Shown here one piece after another: positions 1-7,740 of a stretch of 64,000 nucleotides of DNA. The translations under genes and the position numbers were made by a program. Source of the stretch: an uncultured bacterium (GTDB lineage Bacteria; Bacillota; Clostridia; Oscillospirales; CAG-272); contig CASDOQ010000015.1 in NCBI GenBank assembly GCA_949282345.1, forward strand, positions 17,488 through 81,487, in the 5' to 3' direction. Each line of letters starts with the position of its first letter. Position 1 is the first letter of the stretch. The notes under the pieces were generated by a model. It ran no database searches. It saw only the letters and a program-made list of their open reading frames with translations, and was not told where the DNA came from.

Positions 1-631
1 CCGCATTTGCCACGATAGAGGAAGGGATCGGAGAAAGCGCAAGGCTCGTCAGTTTCCGCAGGAACGCATCGTAGTCGATCTCCACGACCTCACCCTTCTC
101 ATCGTAATGGTTACGGAAGGTGATCGACAGGAGTTTTGCGCTCTCGGCCGTTACGCGGAAGTCGCCTTCCACAGAAGTGAGCTCGCCGTTTTTGACTTCC
201 AGCGCCCCCTCGATATCATAAAGGAGCGGCGCGGCCTGGCTCTTGGTGGCGGGATCAATGATCCGCTGCCACGCCTTCACCACGTCATCCGCCGTGACCT
301 GCGTGCCGTTGCTCCAGGAAGCATCACGCAGGGTGATCTCCATCTGGTAGAGTTTCTTTTCTTTATTGCGCACGATCTTATAACTCTCGGCAAGCGCATT
401 CTGCACCCGACCGCCGTTATCAAGACGGAACAGCGGCTCGAACAAAAGGCTCAGCGCCCGTGCGGCATCGTCGTCGACCAAGGCGTACAACGGGTCAAAC
501 TGGAACTGCTCGCCCACGAAATAGGCCTCCACGACTGCCCCTTCGTCATTGTTATTTTCACAGGAGGAAAACAGGAAGCAGGCGGATGCCATCATGACGA
601 CAGCCAAGAAAACAGAGAACACTTTCTTCAT
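1..631 (-). CDS. ABC transporter substrate-binding lipoprotein, family 5 (peptide/nickel type); N-terminal part only, gene runs off the window start
   Basis: The ORF is open to the window edge, so it is absent from the ORF track. The reverse strand from ATG 631 reads MKKVFSVFLAVVMMASACFLFSSCENNND (signal peptide plus lipobox FSSC). It continues ...ITLRDASWSNGTQVTADDVVKAWQRIIDP..., typical of Opp/Dpp/Nik-type binding proteins. GAGGAG lies 7 nt upstream. The + ORF 107..664 is its antisense shadow. Confidence 0.7.
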   Translation of the reverse strand, partial: MKKVFSVFLAVVMMASACFLFSSCENNNDEGAVVEAYFVGEQFQFDPLYALVDDDAARALSLLFEPLFRLDNGGRVQNALAESYKIVRNKEKKLYQMEITLRDASWSNGTQVTADDVVKAWQRIIDPATKSQAAPLLYDIEGALEVKNGELTSVEGDFRVTAESAKLLSITFRNHYDEKGEVVEIDYDAFLRKLTSLALSPIPSSIVANA

Positions 632-810
632 AATCGGACTCCTCATGCAGAGCATAAATATTGAGTATATTATAGCATTCTTTATTTTTTTTCGCAACTC
701 TTTTTTCCCGGCAACCGCAGTAATCGTGCATCTGCACAACAGCCTCCCCAGAAAATTGTGCAAATTGTTCACTGCTCTTCCATGCTTTTAGGAAAAAAAC
801 GCCTTTTTCG

Positions 811-840
811 GTATGTGCACGCCATCCGGGAGGCATACTG
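811..840 (+). promoter_or_regulatory. Candidate forespore (sigma-F/G-type) promoter of gpr
   Basis: GTATG (811-815), 18 nt, CATACTG (834-840), about 50 nt upstream of the gpr ATG. gpr is forespore-expressed in Bacillus. This is a motif resemblance only. Confidence 0.3.
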
Positions 841-890
841 TACCGTGTAGGCCGAGGGCCGGAAGGAAAGTAACCGAAAAGGAGATCAGC

Positions 891-1796
891 ATGAAAAACA
901 CCGAAGAACAGGGCTATGCCCCGCGCACCGACCTGGCCTGTGAAAGAATGAAGGCGGATACGGCGCTTCCCGGCGCGGAATATACAGAGGAGGAACGGGA
1001 GGGCTTTTGCATCTCGCGTCTGCGGATCACCGATGCGGAAGCGGCCGCCTCGATCGGCAAGCCCGAGGGAAATTATCTGACGCTCTCGCACCCCCCGTTC
1101 TGGCAGATGACCGAGGCGGAACTGACGTCGCTGACCGAGGTGCTCGCCGACTGCCTTTCGGAGATCTGCGGGGGAGCCGCCCCGGAAGCCTCCTCGGTCC
1201 TGGTGGCGGGGCTCGGGAACCGTTATATCACGGCGGACGCCATCGGCCCCGAGACCGTGCGGCAGGTCTTTGCCACCCGACATCTCAAACGCGAGGATCC
1301 CGGACTCTTTGACCGTTTTGCTACAACCGAACTTGCCCTGCTCGCACCGGGCGTCATGGCACAGACCGGTATTGAGACCGAGGCGGTGATCGAGGCAGTA
1401 AAGGAAAAGATCTCTCCCGCGCTCATCATTGCCGTGGATGCCCTGGCGGCAAGATCTTTTTCGCGCCTCGGGGCGACGGTCCAGCTTTCCGACACCGGGA
1501 TCCGCCCCGGCTCAGGCATCGGGAACGCGCGTTCGGCCCTCGACCGGGAAAGCCTCGGGATCCCGGTCATCGGGATCGGGATCCCCACGGTAGTCGACTC
1601 TGCCACGCTGGTGCTGGACGTACTCGAAAAGGGAGGGCTGACCGAGATCCCCGACGGCGTCCGCGAGGTGCTGGAAAGCGGTGATTCCTTTTTCGTGACG
1701 CCGCGGGAGGGCGACGTTGTGACCGAGCGCGCCTCCACCCTTTTGGCCGATGCGCTGAACCGTACCTTCAGCCGCGGTTTTTTCGTCGCCGAATGA
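891..1796 (+). CDS. gpr: Germination (spore) protease GPR
   Basis: ATG 891 follows an AAAGGAG RBS. The protein reads MKNTEEQGYAPRTDLACE...LVAGLGNRYITADAIGPE...IIAVDALAARS...GIRPGSGIGN...IPVIGIGIPTVVD, the GPR endopeptidase pattern. The ORF-track start at 813 has no RBS. Confidence 0.9.
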   Translation: MKNTEEQGYAPRTDLACERMKADTALPGAEYTEEEREGFCISRLRITDAEAAASIGKPEGNYLTLSHPPFWQMTEAELTSLTEVLADCLSEICGGAAPEASSVLVAGLGNRYITADAIGPETVRQVFATRHLKREDPGLFDRFATTELALLAPGVMAQTGIETEAVIEAVKEKISPALIIAVDALAARSFSRLGATVQLSDTGIRPGSGIGNARSALDRESLGIPVIGIGIPTVVDSATLVLDVLEKGGLTEIPDGVREVLESGDSFFVTPREGDVVTERASTLLADALNRTFSRGFFVAE

Positions 1797-1917
1797 CCCG
1801 CAGAGGCTCCCGGGCCGTCATTTCTCAAAGGAAAGACGCATTTTCCCGAATTTATGCATAATTTGTAAATAAAACTTTTCTTTTGCGAGCAAAAATCGAT
1901 CCATGCATCGTTTTTAT

Positions 1918-1947
1918 GCATATTCCTTCGTTTCCCTTCATAGGAAT
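1918..1947 (+). promoter_or_regulatory. Candidate mother-cell sigma-E-type promoter of spoIVA
   Basis: GCATATT (1918-1924), 14 nt, CATAGGAAT (1939-1947). This fits the sigma-E pattern (xxATAxx-N14-CATAxxxT). spoIVA is sigma-E dependent in Bacillus. Confidence 0.35.
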
Positions 1948-1981
1948 GTAGCAGACAGCCGTCAGATTGAGGAGGAACGAA

Positions 1982-3460
1982 ATGGCGAATACAACGATCT
2001 ATCAGGATATCGCAAAGCGGACGGGCGGCGATATCTATCTTGGGGTGGTCGGTCCTGTCCGCACCGGGAAATCAACCTTTATTAAAAAGTTTATGGAAAG
2101 TGCCGTGATCCCGATGATCAGCGACGGAAACGACAGGACGCGTGCCATCGACGAATTGCCGCAGTCCGGCTCCGGAAGGACGGTCATGACGACCGAGCCG
2201 AAGTTCGTTCCCGACGAGGCGGTACGCATCACCGCAGGCGACAGCACCGACCTTCGGGTCCGGCTCGTCGACTGCGTCGGTTATCTTGTGCCCGGCGCCC
2301 TTGGGGAACAGGAGGAGGGGGAAGAGCGCATGGTGCATACCCCGTGGTCCGAAGAGCCCCTTCCCTTCCGTCAGGCCGCAGAGCTGGGAACGCACAAGGT
2401 CATTACCGAACATTCCACCATTGCGGTGCTCGTCACGACCGACGGTACCATCGGGGATATCCCCCGCTCTGCCTATACCGAGGCTGAGGAGCGCGTAGCG
2501 CACGAACTGACGGCATCCGGAAAACCCTTTGCCGTGATCCTGAACTCGGCTTATCCGGGAAGCGAGGAAGCGATCGGGCTGGCCTATGAATTGGAAAGAA
2601 AGTACCGCGCGCCGGTCGCTCTCGTCAACTGCACCGAAATCAATGGGGAAGATGTTTCTCATATTCTGGAACTGATCCTCGGTCAGTTCCCGGTACGCGA
2701 ACTTCTCTTCCGGATCCCGAAATGGGGGGCTTCCCTGCCCGAAGAGCATCCCCTGCGCGAATCGATCCGGAAATTTGTGGATACGATGGCCGGCGACATC
2801 ACGCGCATGGGAGATATCCGCGCCGCCCTGGCCAAGGAGGAGACGGGAGAGAACATCCGTTCCTGCACATTGGACGGCATCAACGCGGGGGAAGGCACGG
2901 CCGTGCTCGACGTCACCTTATTGCCCGAACTCTATTTCCGCGTTCTTTCCGAACTGACGGGCATGGAGATCCCTGACGACGCGGCTCTTTTCTCGGCTAT
3001 GCGGGAACTTTCGCAGATCCGGGAAGCCTACGACAAGGTCGCCACCGCTCTCCGCGAAGTCGAGACCGGCGGCTACGGCATCGTCATGCCGGGCATCGAC
3101 GACCTGCACCTCGAAGAACCGAAGATCATCAAGCAATCCGGCGGATACGGGGTAAAACTGAAAGCATCCGCCCCCTCGATCCACATGATCCGCGCGGATA
3201 TCGAAACCGAGATCAATCCGGTCGTGGGCACCGAACAGCAGTCCGAAGAACTGATCCGCAGCATCCTCTCGGGATTCGAAGAGGACCCGCGCAGCCTTTG
3301 GGAATCCAATATGTTCGGCAAACCGCTCTATGAACTCGTCAACGACGGTCTGCGCTCCAAACTCGCTCATATGCCGGAAGAATCCCGCGGTCGCCTCGGA
3401 AAAACGCTGGAACGGATCATCAACGAAGGGAGCGGAGGGCTTATCTGCATCCTGCTGTGA
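1982..3460 (+). CDS. spoIVA: Stage IV sporulation protein A (spore coat basement-layer ATPase)
   Basis: The protein starts MANTTIYQDIAKRTGGDIYLGVVGPVRTGKSTFIKKFME (Walker A) and matches SpoIVA along its full length, ending ...NEGSGGLICILL. A GAGGAGG RBS precedes ATG 1982. Confidence 0.93.
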   Translation: MANTTIYQDIAKRTGGDIYLGVVGPVRTGKSTFIKKFMESAVIPMISDGNDRTRAIDELPQSGSGRTVMTTEPKFVPDEAVRITAGDSTDLRVRLVDCVGYLVPGALGEQEEGEERMVHTPWSEEPLPFRQAAELGTHKVITEHSTIAVLVTTDGTIGDIPRSAYTEAEERVAHELTASGKPFAVILNSAYPGSEEAIGLAYELERKYRAPVALVNCTEINGEDVSHILELILGQFPVRELLFRIPKWGASLPEEHPLRESIRKFVDTMAGDITRMGDIRAALAKEETGENIRSCTLDGINAGEGTAVLDVTLLPELYFRVLSELTGMEIPDDAALFSAMRELSQIREAYDKVATALREVETGGYGIVMPGIDDLHLEEPKIIKQSGGYGVKLKASAPSIHMIRADIETEINPVVGTEQQSEELIRSILSGFEEDPRSLWESNMFGKPLYELVNDGLRSKLAHMPEESRGRLGKTLERIINEGSGGLICILL

Positions 3461-3462
3461 CG

Positions 3463-3496
3463 AAAAGCCACCCGAAGACCTCGGGTGGCTCGTTTT
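3463..3496. terminator. Bidirectional intrinsic terminator between convergent spoIVA and the 3513..4031 gene
   Basis: AAAAGCCACCCGA-agacc-TCGGGTGGCTCGTTTT: a 10-bp GC-rich stem flanked by an A-run and a T-run. Confidence 0.7.
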
Positions 3497-3512
3497 ATGT
3501 GCAAAGTTCGGT

Positions 3513-4031
3513 TTACAAAGACTCCTTTTCCCTCAGAGAAGCAAGGAGTTCAAGAAATTTTTCGGCCGACTCTTCGGGCGTTCCGTCGTTATCGAAGCAG
3601 TAATCGTAAGCGTAGTTCTCCACGCCGTCGTCGGATGCGTTCCCGTAGGTATGGGGAGGCAAGCGCCTGTCGGCGCGGATGAGGAGCGTATAGACCTTCC
3701 CTTCCGCCCGACCGACGAATTTTTCTATCTCTTTCGGCTCCCGGATATGGATGAAGAAGACATCGTCCCCGCCGGCAAGGAATTCGCGGTAGCGCGCAAG
3801 CCCCCACACGGTCGGGAAATCGTTATAGGCGATCGTCAGTTCCTTCAACCCCGCGAGAAACCGGCGCGCCCTGTCGTCTTTTTCTCCCTTCCAGCCGCAC
3901 CGCGCGGCGATCTCTTTAATCGGGGTGATCGAAGAAACGTTGCGCACGGCATATTTTCCGGCCGCCGCCGCGCATAGCATATCCTTTCCGACACCGCCGC
4001 GCCCGTTGATGACAAATGCGAGTTTTTTCAT
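3513..4031 (-). CDS. P-loop NTPase, small nucleotide/nucleoside kinase-like protein (function unassigned)
   Basis: MKKLAFVINGRGGVGKDMLC carries a Walker A motif. The protein is 172 aa and has its own TTGACA-N17-TATAAT promoter. Confidence 0.6.
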   Translation of the reverse strand: MKKLAFVINGRGGVGKDMLCAAAAGKYAVRNVSSITPIKEIAARCGWKGEKDDRARRFLAGLKELTIAYNDFPTVWGLARYREFLAGGDDVFFIHIREPKEIEKFVGRAEGKVYTLLIRADRRLPPHTYGNASDDGVENYAYDYCFDNDGTPEESAEKFLELLASLREKESL

Positions 4032-4113
4032 GGTCGTTTTCCTTCTTTCCGGCTGGTGGACACGCCCCGACCGTCATGCGGCCGGGATTCGTGTCGCGAA
4101 GAGTTCCTGTCCT

Positions 4114-4142
4114 ATTATATATCCCGCGGCAGCGCCTGTCAA
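4114..4142 (-). promoter_or_regulatory. Sigma-A-type promoter of the P-loop gene
   Basis: The minus strand reads TTGACA (4142-4137), 17 nt, TATAAT (4119-4114). Confidence 0.55.
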
Positions 4143-4201
4143 GCATCAGGGGCGCGGCATTTCAAAAGAAAAGATCCCGGATATCCAATATCCGGGATCA
4201 G

Positions 4202-4279
4202 TGGGGTGAGTAATGGGAATCGAACCCATGACCTCCAGGGCCACAACCTGGCGCTCTAACCAACTGAGCCATACCCACC
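4202..4279 (-). tRNA. tRNA-His (anticodon GTG), with encoded G-1 and CCA
   Basis: The reverse complement is GGTGGGTATGGCTCAGTTGGTTAGAGCGCCAGGTTGTGGCCCTGGAGGTCATGGGTTCGATTCCCATTACTCACCCCA. It folds as a cloverleaf with anticodon loop TTGTGGC. The extra 5' G is typical of tRNA-His. Confidence 0.9.
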
Positions 4280-4305
4280 GTATAAGGATGCAGGCCGCAT
4301 CCTTA

Positions 4306-4382
<77 letters not shown>

Positions 4383-4407
4383 AAACCGATGGACCGCAAC
4401 GGTAGTT

Positions 4408-4436
4408 ATTATAGCAAACCGAAAATACTTTGTCAA
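4408..4436 (-). promoter_or_regulatory. Sigma-A-type promoter of the tRNA-Arg/tRNA-His unit
   Basis: The minus strand reads TTGACA (4436-4431), 17 nt, TATAAT (4413-4408), about 25 nt upstream of tRNA-Arg. Confidence 0.6.
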
Positions 4437-4489
4437 GGGCTTTCAGAAAAAAATGAGTCCGAAAGTCAAAGAAAACGGGAAGCGACGAT

Positions 4490-4903
4490 TCAGCCGCAGA
4501 TCAGTCTGACTCCCTCAATCGCTACCACGGTCAGCACGGTTCCCGGCGCATAAGAACCTCCCCCGAGCGCACGCGCCGCAAAAAGCATTCCGTCCAGTTC
4601 GACCTGCCCGCGGACGCCGAGCGTATCGATCTCTTCGGTCACGGTACAGCGGCGGCCGATCATGGCCTCCATGGCCGTCAGCGGTTTTTTTCGGCCGAAG
4701 AAATAAAGGTAGAGGGCGAAGACTGCGGATATCGAGAAGAAAACGATGAGTTGCGCCCACTGCTCCACGGCCGGAAAAAGCGTGAGAAAAAAGGCAACTA
4801 GCGCCCCGGGCGCAAAAGTAAGAAAACGGAGCCGTGCCGTGACGACGGTGCTCAGCACCGAAAGCAGAAAGATCGCCAGGAAAAGCCAAAACATCGTACT
4901 CAT
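4490..4903 (-). CDS. NfeD-family membrane protein
   Basis: ATG 4903 follows an AAGAGG RBS. MSTMFWLFLAIFLL... gives three TM helices. The C-terminal soluble part GRRCTVTEEIDTLGVRGQVELDGMLFAARA...VVAIEGVRLICG is NfeD OB-fold-like. Confidence 0.7.
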   Translation of the reverse strand: MSTMFWLFLAIFLLSVLSTVVTARLRFLTFAPGALVAFFLTLFPAVEQWAQLIVFFSISAVFALYLYFFGRKKPLTAMEAMIGRRCTVTEEIDTLGVRGQVELDGMLFAARALGGGSYAPGTVLTVVAIEGVRLICG

Positions 4904-5037
4904 GAAACAACCTCTTTTACTGATTCTCATTCATTGTATCATAGATTTTCAGCAAAGTAAAGTTCTTTCGCAGATTTTCCTTTCCCCCTTTCTTCGGGTG
5001 CCGCACGAAGCTGCGTTTCTATTTGGGAAAATAATAC

Positions 5038-5066
5038 TTGACAAAAATGTCGTTTTGGAGTAAAAT
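5038..5066 (+). promoter_or_regulatory. Sigma-A-type promoter of the acyl ligase/ACP pair
   Basis: TTGACA (5038-5043), 17 nt, TAAAAT (5061-5066). Confidence 0.6.
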
Positions 5067-5112
5067 GTCTGTATTGCGCTGAGATTCAACCAAAATTTGC
5101 GAGGTGTTTTGT

Positions 5113-6816
5113 ATGCGGATGATCAATAATCTGAAGGCGGAACCGCCCATTTTCTATGACGATTTCCGTCATATGATTTCCGTCACCGGAGAAAAATACG
5201 GTGACAAGATCTTTGCGGAATATGACGAAAAAGGTGAACGCAAATCGCGTACCTATGCCGAAATGGTGGAAAATGTCGCCGCACTCGGTACCGCACTGTA
5301 TGCCGCGGGGCTGGCCGGAAAACGCATTGCCCTGATCGGGGATACGCACCCCCTCTACCTGATGTCTTATATTTCCCTGCTCTCCACCAACAGCGTGGCC
5401 ATCCCGATGGACAAGGAGCTGTCACCCGAGCAAGTGGTCTCCTTCCTCCGTTATGCGGAGGCGGACGGCGTGATCTACACGCCCTCGATGAATGCACTTT
5501 TCCGCCGGCCGGAGTTCGATTTTCTGTCGGTCCTGATTCCGATCTGCCCCGATGAAGAGGATACCCCCTCCGAGCGGCTGATCCCGATGGCGGAGATGCT
5601 CGACCGGGGCCGCGAGGCCATCGTGGCGGGGGACGATCGGTTTGCCGCAACGCCGCTGGATATGGACAAATGCAGCGTTCTGCTTTTCACCTCCGGCACA
5701 ACCGGAACCAGCCGCGGCGTGATGCTCTCGCACCGCAACCTGATCTCCGCGCTGAATGCGTCCACGCATTCGATGGCTTACGGCGATACCGCGACCTTCG
5801 TTTCGGTGCTTCCGATCCATCATACCTATGAAATGATGTGCGGAGAACTCGGCGTGATGGCCATCGGCGGCTCGATGCTGGTCAACGACAGCCTCAAGCA
5901 CGTTCTGAAGAACTTTGCTTCCTATAAGCCGAACACGCTGATCCTCGTGCCGCTCTTTCTCGAGACGATGCACAAGCGCATCTGGGACGAGGCGCGTCGG
6001 CGGGGCCTGGAGAAAAAACTCCGTCTCGCCATGAAAGTAAACACCATCCTGCTGAATCTCGGCATCGATCGCCGCCAGAAACTCTTCGGTCAGGTGACAG
6101 GGGCCTTCGGCGGGAAGCTGACCTCGATCGTTTGCGGCGGAGCGCCCGTCAACCCCGAGATCATCAAAAATTTCTACCACTTTGGTATCACGGTGCTGGA
6201 GGGGTACGGCATCACCGAATGCGCGCCGCTCGTTTCGGTCAATTCTCCCGGAAAGGTCCGATTCCATTCGGTCGGTACGCCGGTATACGGTTGCACCGTC
6301 AAGACCGATGCGGAGGACGGCGTCTCGACCGGGGAGATCCTCGTCAAAGGGCCGAACGTGATGATCGGATACTACAAGGATCCCGAGGCGACCGCCGCAG
6401 CCTTCACCGAGGACGGTTTCTTCCGTACGGGGGACATCGGGCATATCGACGGGGACGGGTACATCTATCTGACCGGGCGCAAGAAAAATATCATTATCCT
6501 TTCGAACGGCAAGAACATCTACCCCGAAGAGATTGAAGAATACCTCAGCGACCTGTCGATGATCTCCGAGTCGGTCGTGCTGGGACGCCGGAAGGGGAAT
6601 GAAGAAGTGGCCATCACTGCCATCATTGTTCCCAATATGGAAGACCCCGCGCTGGTGGGAAAAACGCCGAGTCAGGTGTACGACGCCGTCCGGGAGGCCG
6701 TCACGGCCGTGAACCGGCGTCTCCCTTCTTTCAAACACATCGCCGATATCGAGATCCGCTACGAGGAGTTTGAAAAGACCTCTTCTCGCAAGATCAAACG
6801 CTATCTGGTGAAGTGA
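5113..6816 (+). CDS. AMP-dependent synthetase/ligase (long-chain fatty acid-CoA or -ACP ligase family)
   Basis: ATG 5113 follows GAGGTG. The AMP-binding motif LFTSGTTGTSRGVMLSHRNL is present, with GYGITECAP and TGDIGHIDGDGYIYLTGRKKNII downstream. Confidence 0.85.
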   Translation: MRMINNLKAEPPIFYDDFRHMISVTGEKYGDKIFAEYDEKGERKSRTYAEMVENVAALGTALYAAGLAGKRIALIGDTHPLYLMSYISLLSTNSVAIPMDKELSPEQVVSFLRYAEADGVIYTPSMNALFRRPEFDFLSVLIPICPDEEDTPSERLIPMAEMLDRGREAIVAGDDRFAATPLDMDKCSVLLFTSGTTGTSRGVMLSHRNLISALNASTHSMAYGDTATFVSVLPIHHTYEMMCGELGVMAIGGSMLVNDSLKHVLKNFASYKPNTLILVPLFLETMHKRIWDEARRRGLEKKLRLAMKVNTILLNLGIDRRQKLFGQVTGAFGGKLTSIVCGGAPVNPEIIKNFYHFGITVLEGYGITECAPLVSVNSPGKVRFHSVGTPVYGCTVKTDAEDGVSTGEILVKGPNVMIGYYKDPEATAAAFTEDGFFRTGDIGHIDGDGYIYLTGRKKNIIILSNGKNIYPEEIEEYLSDLSMISESVVLGRRKGNEEVAITAIIVPNMEDPALVGKTPSQVYDAVREAVTAVNRRLPSFKHIADIEIRYEEFEKTSSRKIKRYLVK

Positions 6817-6850
6817 TATATATCCCGCACATATTTTAGGAGGAAATACC

Positions 6851-7078
6851 ATGTTTGAAAAAGTAAAGAATCTGTTGGTGGAAGAACTGCGCATCGAGGA
6901 AGAAAAGATCACCCCCGAAGCGGCTCTGGCCAACGATCTCGGCATCAACTCGCTGGAGCTGGCCGACCTGATCCTTCTCTGCGAAGAGAAATTTAACATC
7001 TCGATCGACGATGAGGATCTGCATAAGTTCGTTACCGTCGGAGATGTGGTCGCGTACTTAGAGGAAAAGAGTGCGTGA
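6851..7078 (+). CDS. Acyl carrier protein
   Basis: The protein is 75 aa. DLGINSLELADLI carries the phosphopantetheine-Ser motif (D-x-G-x-x-S-L). An AGGAGG RBS is present. Confidence 0.85.
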   Translation: MFEKVKNLLVEELRIEEEKITPEAALANDLGINSLELADLILLCEEKFNISIDDEDLHKFVTVGDVVAYLEEKSA

Positions 7079-7091
7079 ACCCACGACCCGC

Positions 7092-7141
7092 AAAAAAAGG
7101 GCTGTCCTCACCGTGCGCGGTGACGGAGGCCCTTTCTTTTT
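7092..7141. terminator. Bidirectional terminator hairpin between the ACP gene and 7215..7538
   Basis: AAAAAAAGGGC...CACCG-tgcg-CGGTG...GCCCTTTCTTTTT. The outer stem is 7 bp and the inner stem 5 bp, with an imperfect middle. It is flanked by A- and T-runs. Confidence 0.55.
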
Positions 7142-7214
7142 CGGTTCTTTCGGTTCCGATCGGCTTCGGGATCGCCCGGCAGTTTCTTTCCCGGTCTTCT
7201 TCCGGCAGATCGTC

Positions 7215-7538
7215 TCAGAGCGAAACCAACGTAACGTCCTCGTGCTCCCCGTCCAGTTCGGGGTCGGAAAAAAGTCCCGGGAACTTTTCGCTCAGATAGA
7301 TGACCGCCGGAGCTTCGGGTTGGATCTTTTCGCCGGGAATGAAGAGCGTCAGTTTCCCTTCCCGCTTCAGTACCGAGAGCGTCTGCCGCAGGAGCAGGCG
7401 CAGGGACGGCGGACAGTGCGCGTGAGAGATCTTGAAAACGCGATCGCCGCGGGCACGGGCAGAAGCCACGATAAAGCGCGCCTCTTTGCGGACGGCATCC
7501 TCCCCGAACGGCTGGGGCGAAACGGTATAGGTCTTCAT
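7215..7538 (-). CDS. Hypothetical 107-aa protein (weak Smr-like resemblance)
   Basis: It has an ATG with a GAGGAGGAG RBS and its own promoter. ...RVFKISHAHCPPSLRLLLRQTLSVLKREGKLTLF loosely recalls the Smr core. The function is not supported beyond that. Confidence 0.5.
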   Translation of the reverse strand: MKTYTVSPQPFGEDAVRKEARFIVASARARGDRVFKISHAHCPPSLRLLLRQTLSVLKREGKLTLFIPGEKIQPEAPAVIYLSEKFPGLFSDPELDGEHEDVTLVSL

Positions 7539-7572
7539 GTTCTCTCCTCCTCACGTTTTATCCGGCAGGGTT

Positions 7573-7602
7573 ATTGTAGCACAGCACCGTACCGGCTGTC
7601 AA
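7573..7602 (-). promoter_or_regulatory. Sigma-A-type promoter of 7215..7538
   Basis: The minus strand reads TTGACA (7602-7597), 18 nt, TACAAT (7578-7573). Confidence 0.5.
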
Positions 7603-7628
7603 GTCTTGTCGGGGGAGCACTTTCCCTG

Positions 7629-7657
7629 TTGACAAAACCTCGTCCCCGTGTTATACT
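7629..7657 (+). promoter_or_regulatory. Sigma-A-type promoter of the P-type ATPase
   Basis: TTGACA (7629-7634), 17 nt, TATACT (7652-7657). Confidence 0.6.
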
Positions 7658-7740
7658 TTTTTCGTGTTTCCGTTTTTGATCGCGCGGCCGTACACCGGCG
7701 CGCTCAGGAACGCTTTTTATTCGTTTTTACGGAGGAAGTT

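Noticed and set aside
107-664. The 185-aa + strand ORF at the window start.
   Set aside because: It is the antisense shadow of the minus-strand solute-binding lipoprotein gene (1..631). That gene has a signal peptide, a lipobox and an RBS.
4280-4305. A perfect 10-bp hairpin (ATAAGGATGC-aggcc-GCATCCTTAT) between tRNA-Arg and tRNA-His, considered as a terminator.
   Set aside because: It has no U-tract and sits inside a two-tRNA transcription unit with a single promoter. It is most simply a processing spacer structure.
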